Below are positions 57,914-64,000 of a DNA stretch of 64,000 nucleotides, in pieces. This stretch comes from Planctomycetota bacterium (GTDB lineage Bacteria; Planctomycetota; PLA2; JAEUHO01). A model generated the notes under the pieces. The model was not told the DNA's origin and ran no database searches. It was given only the letters and a program-made list of their open reading frames with translations. The translations under genes were made by a program, and so were the position numbers. Each line of letters begins with the position of its first letter. The stretch's first letter is position 1. The stretch lies in NCBI GenBank assembly GCA_965222115.1, contig CBDCTJ010000005.1:1-64000 (forward strand). The letters run 5' to 3'.

Positions 57914-60193
57914 CTATTTTTTGGGTTCCGCGCGATACAAATGCAGCTCAAACTCCACACCCGGTTTGCTGCCGGCCACAAGCAGGCCGATCTTTGACTT
58001 CTCTTTGAGACGGAATCCGGCGGCGGGGAAGTGGTCACCTTTTTCGTCTTTGGCGATGAGCGGGCCTTTGTCCTTAAGACGAATACCCAAGTCAATGTCG
58101 TCGCCGGAGAGTGAAACCGCGACAGCCAAGTAGTTTCCTGGGGGTTGCTCGTCCGAGGTTCCACTCCAGCGCTTGTTTTCTTCCAACGTGCCCTTCGTTG
58201 AACCGGCTTGTTTGGCGGTGAACTTCCCATTCAAACTCCGCAACCACATGGTAATCACCCGCTCGCGCAAATCATTGGGCGTGATATCCACTTCGGTGCC
58301 GCGGTAGACATGGATTTCCAGATTGACGCCTTCGTCATCATCGGTTTCGGCGCGGATTTCAAGCGCCGCCTCGGGCACGAGTTTGACCACCGCCCAGCGA
58401 ATTACGTTGTCCCAGGCCTTCAACTCGATGGGTTGGCCCGCGGAAGACTGCACGACAGACGACGTAAACGGTCCGGCACGCTTGCCCATGACAATTACTA
58501 GATACACACCTTCCTTGTCGGGCTTCCATGACTTGTAGACCGATGGTTGGTCGCCGTCCGAGGACAATGCAAGTTCGCCGCGATGAACAACGTCCCATTT
58601 GACAGATTTTCGAAACTTGGATCGCTTTTCCACGCGCTCGGTAATGGTGCGCTGAACGGCCGCTGTAGAACGTTTGCGACGGCGCAGATAGCCCGAATCG
58701 AACAATTGCGATAGCCGCTTGCGCCACGCGGCGCCCCGCTTCTTCTGTTTCGTCGCGGCTGTCTTGTCGAGGAGTTCCTGTACGAGATCCACACGTTGCG
58801 CGAAGTTCACTCCAGCCGCACTCGGCTGGCGGTCGCCGCCTCGATGAATCATGTTGCCCGCATTGAGTACACCCACAACATGACCGCGCGCATTGAGAAT
58901 CGGACTGCCACTGCTTCCGCCCGTGGAGGGACAGTTGTGTTGAATGAGCAAGCGGTGTGCGTTGTCGGCGGTGGCTGACCCGAAATAGTCGGTGACGCTC
59001 GTGATGACGCCCACTTGCGTCTGAGGCGTGGGCTCCTTTAGCGGCGTGCCACCAAAGACCATGTTCTCCATGGGAAAGCCCACGTACCCTACGGGCGTCG
59101 CAGACCGAAGCGTTCGAATTTCCTCGGTTGAGGCGATGGTCAGCGGTGAGCCCAACGAAGCACTTGACGTGTCAACCGTAAGCAGGGCCACATCGCATCC
59201 CGATCCTGCCGCATGCACGCGTTTGTTGACCGTTGTATTCCACGACGACACCGGTTCGTACTCCCGCCACTCCTCTTCAAAGTCGGCATACCCCGGATGA
59301 ATCGTCGTCGCGGTGATCTCAAATGTGTTGTGATGCGTTTCGGTCGAACGCGCTAGCAACTTCGCCCCCTCGGGTCGCTTGGCATAGACCTCCGCGACGT
59401 GCGCATTGGTTGCGAGTGTCTTGGGCGCTACCACCCACGCCGTGCCGACGCCCGCTTCTCGCCCGTCTTCGCCTTGCATCAGCACCAAGTACACAGAGGG
59501 TCGCGCTTTCATCAACGCCGCGCGCAGCGCGGGTTCGCCGTCCTGCAATGCGCGCTCCAGTTTCTCCAGACGCTTGGGCACGAGCGCACTCACCGCTTCG
59601 GTCGTTGCGCGAACGGTCGTTAAGTCGCCGCGCACCGTGTGAAGCTCGTCCTTCATGCTGCGCACATCATCGAGCGCTTCCTTGGCAGCCGTCGTGGCGC
59701 TATCGACATCCTTCTTCGTATCACGAAGCAAAAAGTAGGTCCCCACAGCCGCGGCCGTGAGCAAAACGATCGATAGGAGCGCGGCGCGGTGACTCGATTT
59801 AGCCGCCTTGTGTGCTTCGTGGAGTTTGGTGGCCGAACTCACGCGATAGCCCTGCGCAATGGTCTTGTCGAGATCGGTGTTCTGCGTAGTCCGCACCAAG
59901 AGTTCGGGGCCCTCGGGACCGATTTGAATTCTGCACTCCGACGGAAGAAACGATCCGTCCTCTGCGGTGTGACCATCCACGAGTACCAAGTGTTCGGGGT
60001 GCAACACCAGTCGGTAGCGGCCCAGCTCGCGCTCCAGCGCAAAGTGCTCGCGGCCAACACTCGTTTCGTCCGGCGCGAAAACCACATCGCAAAGATCACG
60101 GTCGCGACCAAAGATCACACGTTTCTTCTCGTCGCCAATGCGATGCGGCGGTCGTTCGGTCTTGACCTTCAAGCGCGATATCGATAGTCCCAT
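57914..60193 (-). CDS. FHA domain + TM + trypsin-like serine protease
   Basis: FHA: FGRD...CD.......VGREH. TM helix and coiled coil. Catalytic triad motifs ATNAHVA, CDVALL and GGSSGSP. Confidence 0.9.
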   Translation of the reverse strand: MGLSISRLKVKTERPPHRIGDEKKRVIFGRDRDLCDVVFAPDETSVGREHFALERELGRYRLVLHPEHLVLVDGHTAEDGSFLPSECRIQIGPEGPELLVRTTQNTDLDKTIAQGYRVSSATKLHEAHKAAKSSHRAALLSIVLLTAAAVGTYFLLRDTKKDVDSATTAAKEALDDVRSMKDELHTVRGDLTTVRATTEAVSALVPKRLEKLERALQDGEPALRAALMKARPSVYLVLMQGEDGREAGVGTAWVVAPKTLATNAHVAEVYAKRPEGAKLLARSTETHHNTFEITATTIHPGYADFEEEWREYEPVSSWNTTVNKRVHAAGSGCDVALLTVDTSSASLGSPLTIASTEEIRTLRSATPVGYVGFPMENMVFGGTPLKEPTPQTQVGVITSVTDYFGSATADNAHRLLIQHNCPSTGGSSGSPILNARGHVVGVLNAGNMIHRGGDRQPSAAGVNFAQRVDLVQELLDKTAATKQKKRGAAWRKRLSQLFDSGYLRRRKRSTAAVQRTITERVEKRSKFRKSVKWDVVHRGELALSSDGDQPSVYKSWKPDKEGVYLVIVMGKRAGPFTSSVVQSSAGQPIELKAWDNVIRWAVVKLVPEAALEIRAETDDDEGVNLEIHVYRGTEVDITPNDLRERVITMWLRSLNGKFTAKQAGSTKGTLEENKRWSGTSDEQPPGNYLAVAVSLSGDDIDLGIRLKDKGPLIAKDEKGDHFPAAGFRLKEKSKIGLLVAGSKPGVEFELHLYRAEPKK

Positions 60194-60293
60194 GCGGCCT
60201 CCGTCGTTGACGGGCAAGCGTAATCAACCGGCGCCGCTCTGTATATCCCCTTCCGCCAACGAAAGGCCAAACAGGTGTGGCCTCAGCCGACAA

Positions 60294-62357
60294 CTATGCC
60301 GGCAGTAGCACGCGCACGATGTCGTCCAAGGCAATCGCGACGTCTCGCGCATGCGGTCGACGTCGCGCCGATTTGGCCAGCATGTCGTGGACAAGTGCGA
60401 TCAACGCGCTCGGCAACGTCGCGCGAAGTTCCTGCAGCGGCGCGGGTCGCTTACGGGCAAGTTGACGAGGAAACTGCGCCACATCGGTGCCGTCCAGATG
60501 CACCGGAACCATGCCTGAAAGCCACTCGTAGGCAATCGCACCAAGGGAATACACATCAGCGCGCGCGCCCACGGCCTTTCCCGCGGCCTGCTCCGGCGCC
60601 ATGTAGGCCAGGCTGCCAACGATGGCATCGCGCCCAAAGTTCTCCGCGGCATGGGGCGTATAGGCGACGCCTAAATCGATGAGTACGGGACGCGATGCGG
60701 GAGGAACCAGAATCACATTTTGCGGCTTTACGTCTCGATGCACGACACCCGCATCGTGCAGCGCCTCCAATGAGAACGCGAGATCGCGCAACGTTGCGCA
60801 TACCGTGGCGACGTCCGTCTGCGCGTCATGGTTCATGACGTCACGGAGCGACGGCCCGCGAACATAGTCCTGCACCACATACAGGCGACCACGCTCGTCC
60901 GTGCCAATCGCATACACGTGGGCAATACCGGGATGTCGCACACGCGAAGCGGCTTCGAGCTCAACGCGAATGGATGATTCAAGCACAGCTCGCGCCTTGG
61001 GATCGTAAACGCCCTCGAGATTCAACAACTTCATAGCAACGACGCGATGGCGCGCAAGATCAAGCGCGCGATACACCGTGCCAAACGCACCCCCACCCAA
61101 CTTGGCCATATGGGCATAGCCCCGAACCGTGAGTCCGTCATCAAGTGCGTCGTGGATGGTGAGTCCCGATTCGTGTTGCGCTCCGGGTGTGATGGCAAGA
61201 GACGCCATGCACTCATAGATCCGCGGAAGATGACGGTCGAGCGTTTGCTCACGCGCGAGATTGAGTGCTCGTTCCAACGATCGCCGTGCCAATGCCGCAT
61301 GGCTGCGCTTCGATTGCAATGCAGCGAGATCCAGCAGGACGTCGATCTCGGCGTCGGGGACACCGCGACGGGCCAATGTGTCAATCGCTGATTGATACAG
61401 GGCCTGTGCACGCTTCGGGTCTCGGCGTTCGAGAACCTTGCCCTCCGCATGATCAATGAGTGCGCCGGCGAAGGCGTCGTGACGCGAAGCGAGCAAGTCG
61501 CGGGCGCGCGAGACAGCAGACAGCGCCGCCTGAGCGTGCTCATCACCATCGGTGGTAGACAACGATGCATGCGCAAGCGCCAAGTCCTTTTGTGCGTAGA
61601 GCTTGATCTCCTCGAGCGGAAGCGAATCGGTAACGGCAAAGCATGCCCCAAGTGCGTCCAGTGCCTTGTTCGGCTCGCCTTCCAGTAGGTACGTGCGGGC
61701 AATGTCATTCCACATGCGCGCCTGACCGCGTTGATCGTCTAGTTCTTTTGCAAGTTCGAGATCCATCTCAAAGCACGTGCGCGCTGCCGTAGCGCGTCCC
61801 ATCTTGAGTTGCATACGACCAATGCTACCCAACGTCATGGCGGCACCCAGTCGATCCCCGTGCAGAAACTTCATCGCCAAACTCATGGCGAAGTACGCCG
61901 ACGCGGGTTCCAAGCGCCCTTCGGAATCGAGAATGGCGCCTAAGGTGTCATACACCTGGGCACAACGCGTAGCGCGATCGCACGTTTGATATGCCTCAAT
62001 AGAGTCCAGTAGACTTGCAATCGCTGCAACGGAATCGCCACATTGCATGAGTGCGCGACCGCGAATGTGAAGCGCGCGGGCGCGCACAACATCTTCTGAA
62101 TTGGCGTTGGCCAACACGACATCCAGCCGTTCCACAACATCGTTACAATCTTGGCGGTCGCGAATGTCCAACGCACACCGTTCGGTCTCTACTTCGAGAG
62201 GCACGTGGGGCGCTAACGTGTCGAGGATGGCCCGCGCAGCATGTTCGTCGCCGCGGTCGCCAAGCGCCACCGCTCGATTCAGTGCCTCATGGTGTGGATT
62301 TTCGGACATAGCGTGTGGATTTGTAGACATAGGGTGTGGATTCGTAGACGCCGTCAT
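60294..62357 (-). CDS. TPR-repeat Ser/Thr protein kinase
   Basis: N-terminal TPR helices; LGGGAFGTVY, VAMK, HPGI, HRDVKPQN, DLG, GSLAYMAPEQ, DVYSLG. Confidence 0.92.
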   Translation of the reverse strand: MTASTNPHPMSTNPHAMSENPHHEALNRAVALGDRGDEHAARAILDTLAPHVPLEVETERCALDIRDRQDCNDVVERLDVVLANANSEDVVRARALHIRGRALMQCGDSVAAIASLLDSIEAYQTCDRATRCAQVYDTLGAILDSEGRLEPASAYFAMSLAMKFLHGDRLGAAMTLGSIGRMQLKMGRATAARTCFEMDLELAKELDDQRGQARMWNDIARTYLLEGEPNKALDALGACFAVTDSLPLEEIKLYAQKDLALAHASLSTTDGDEHAQAALSAVSRARDLLASRHDAFAGALIDHAEGKVLERRDPKRAQALYQSAIDTLARRGVPDAEIDVLLDLAALQSKRSHAALARRSLERALNLAREQTLDRHLPRIYECMASLAITPGAQHESGLTIHDALDDGLTVRGYAHMAKLGGGAFGTVYRALDLARHRVVAMKLLNLEGVYDPKARAVLESSIRVELEAASRVRHPGIAHVYAIGTDERGRLYVVQDYVRGPSLRDVMNHDAQTDVATVCATLRDLAFSLEALHDAGVVHRDVKPQNVILVPPASRPVLIDLGVAYTPHAAENFGRDAIVGSLAYMAPEQAAGKAVGARADVYSLGAIAYEWLSGMVPVHLDGTDVAQFPRQLARKRPAPLQELRATLPSALIALVHDMLAKSARRRPHARDVAIALDDIVRVLLPA

Positions 62358-63349
62358 CCGTGAGACTTTAGTGCAACACGGTAGGCCGCTTCCAACTCAT
62401 CGGCCTCATCTTCGGGATTGTGTTCGCGAGCGAGCCACGCGCGCGCTGCCTGCCAACGCGCATGGCGCGCCTCGTCATTCTCGTGCGCGACCTGCCGGTG
62501 CATAGCGATGAGTTGCTCAAGAACTTCGTCGTCAAACAGCAGCAAGGGTGAGTCCGCCGACGCCGCCAACTCGCGATTGCCCGGCACGTTACGCAACGCA
62601 ACTGCGCAACCGTAGGAGAGTGCCTCCAACGCCGCGTTTGACCCGCCTTCATGAACGGATGTATTCCAAACGACGTCGGCATTGCCGTAGGCTCCGCCCA
62701 TCGCCTCGCGCGGAAGGGTCGCGAGGGATACATCCTCCATCTGGATCGCCCGTTCGTGGACCCGCTCCGCATAGTCCGCATCAAGGGTTGGGCCGACAAT
62801 CCGTAGCGCCAGCGACAATCCACGGCTGCGTAGCCGTGACAACAGCAATAACGCGAAGAGCGGGTCTTTCACAGGACGAAGACCCGCAACCAACATCACG
62901 CGCAATGGACCCGGACGAGGCGCCACCGGGCGATCGGCTTCCAAGTAGACACCGCGACGTACCGTACGAAACGGAATGTTCGTGTTCGCCACAACGCCTT
63001 GAAAGGACTTGAATGCCGCTGTAACTACTGCCGACGCCGACAAGACGTCTTGAATGATCTCCGCGTCGGCGAGTTTTTTCGTGCATGCATGCACGTCGGT
63101 TCCAGCCAAGCTTACAATCAGGGGAATGGATCGACGTTGCGCAAGCGTCCGGCCCCACACCCCGCCATGAAGTGCGTGATACCCATGCACAAGATCGGGC
63201 GACTGCTTTGGCTCATGACCCGGGCGCACCGCCTCGACGGTGTAGCCGCGATGACCCAGTGCGCCCATCCAACGCGCAACGGTCGTTCCATTGCCGCGTA
63301 CCGGCGAACCTAACGCGTGTGTCACAATCGCTATGTGCGGCTTTGTCAT
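62354..63349 (-). CDS. GT-B glycosyltransferase, SenB/GLT1D1-like clade of family 4
   Basis: GN.TT..RW, HA, L.GTD, AGLRPVKDP, NTS..EGG.NA.LEA, PGN, C-terminal P..EA. Confidence 0.8.
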   Translation of the reverse strand: MTKPHIAIVTHALGSPVRGNGTTVARWMGALGHRGYTVEAVRPGHEPKQSPDLVHGYHALHGGVWGRTLAQRRSIPLIVSLAGTDVHACTKKLADAEIIQDVLSASAVVTAAFKSFQGVVANTNIPFRTVRRGVYLEADRPVAPRPGPLRVMLVAGLRPVKDPLFALLLLSRLRSRGLSLALRIVGPTLDADYAERVHERAIQMEDVSLATLPREAMGGAYGNADVVWNTSVHEGGSNAALEALSYGCAVALRNVPGNRELAASADSPLLLFDDEVLEQLIAMHRQVAHENDEARHARWQAARAWLAREHNPEDEADELEAAYRVALKSHG

Positions 63350-64000
63350 TTACGCGAGCTCGGAGAATGAGGCAAGTGAGACGCCCATGGCGTTCAAGCA
63401 AGATTGTATGTCACGCCCACAAAGCACATCGGATTCAGCCTGGCGCGCGGGCCCGGTGGTAAAGGAACTGCCGGGCCGGTTGCCGGGGTGACACATGAAC
63501 TCATTCGTCGCACGTACGGCATGTTGACACTCGTATTCAAGCGTTGCGAGTGAAGGCTCGCGTGCAAACGTCCATCCCAAAAACGCCTCTGTCGAACGTC
63601 CGAGGGTGCGAAGCGCGTCAATCTCAGGCGCTTCGATACACGTCCGAAACGGGTCAGGCGTATCGTTGGTTGGTACGGGAACACGAAACCACAGCAAGTC
63701 CTTGCGATCCAAACCTCGTAACGCGCGGCTTACCGGCAAAAGGGTGTGGATATGGTTGTGCCCATTCAAGAAAACCGGATCCGCATGGTCCGACAAGGCT
63801 CTCCACTGCGCGTGAACTTCGTTCTCAATGGCGTCGGAATCAATCTCGCCTTCTTGCAGGGCGCGCATGGCATCCGACTTGGAACGTTGAAATACACGTG
63901 TTGCATCGGTTAAACCAGGCACAGGACCCGATACGGCGCGCCCCTCAGTAAGACTAAGATGCAGTCCGATGTCGACCGACTCGCGGCAAAGCTCTGGCAG
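63350..64000 (-). CDS. ChbG/HpnK/YdjC family deacetylase (5' end outside the window)
   Basis: The frame is open to the window edge: IGLHLSLTEG, E..AQ, NGHNHIH, EFMCHPG. Confidence 0.88.
   Translation of the reverse strand: MPELCRESVDIGLHLSLTEGRAVSGPVPGLTDATRVFQRSKSDAMRALQEGEIDSDAIENEVHAQWRALSDHADPVFLNGHNHIHTLLPVSRALRGLDRKDLLWFRVPVPTNDTPDPFRTCIEAPEIDALRTLGRSTEAFLGWTFAREPSLATLEYECQHAVRATNEFMCHPGNRPGSSFTTGPARQAESDVLCGRDIQSCLNAMGVSLASFSELA

Noticed and set aside
62354-63349. Complete selenoneine (senABC) cluster
   Set aside because: Only a SenB-like GT is present, and no senA or senC homolog is visible in the window.

Overview
GC-rich bacterial window. The gene repertoire (prenyltransferase/squalene-oxidase-repeat protein, PQQ/TPR propeller, HEAT-like giant, GSIII, FHA-trypsin, AroDE fusion) suggests Planctomycetota, but this is an inference. 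Layout: (i) 0.3-10.5 kb, large secreted/lipoprotein beta-propeller and metzincin genes, one of them broken by two compensating frameshifts. (ii) 10.8-23.7 kb, housekeeping genes: TraB/GumN, MrfA-like helicase, map, MrfB-like exonuclease, GSIII, ChaN. (iii) A CAT-anticodon tRNA at 23803-23879, followed by an accessory region to about 40.8 kb with FRG, orphan lipoproteins, paralog pairs, PcfJ, TPR and PDZ-caspase genes. (iv) 41-57.7 kb, core genes including an AroD-AroE-AroK triple fusion, ispE, panD, a FolK-PanC fusion, pssA, eno and an ftsB-like gene. (v) 57.9-64 kb, a YdjC deacetylase / SenB-GLT1D1-like glycosyltransferase / TPR-kinase / FHA-protease unit. The best candidate for an undescribed system is a tandemly duplicated two-gene cassette at 29.5-31.4 kb. 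Each copy encodes a 50-aa lipopeptide (signal peptide II, poly-Gly tether, C-terminal WDQL(I/V)WDQDDWG) followed by a secreted C1q-domain protein with a conserved N-terminal segment and a divergent head. I propose it is a peptide-anchored trimeric surface adhesin/fibre display system. All family calls come from motif recognition by eye; no searches were run.
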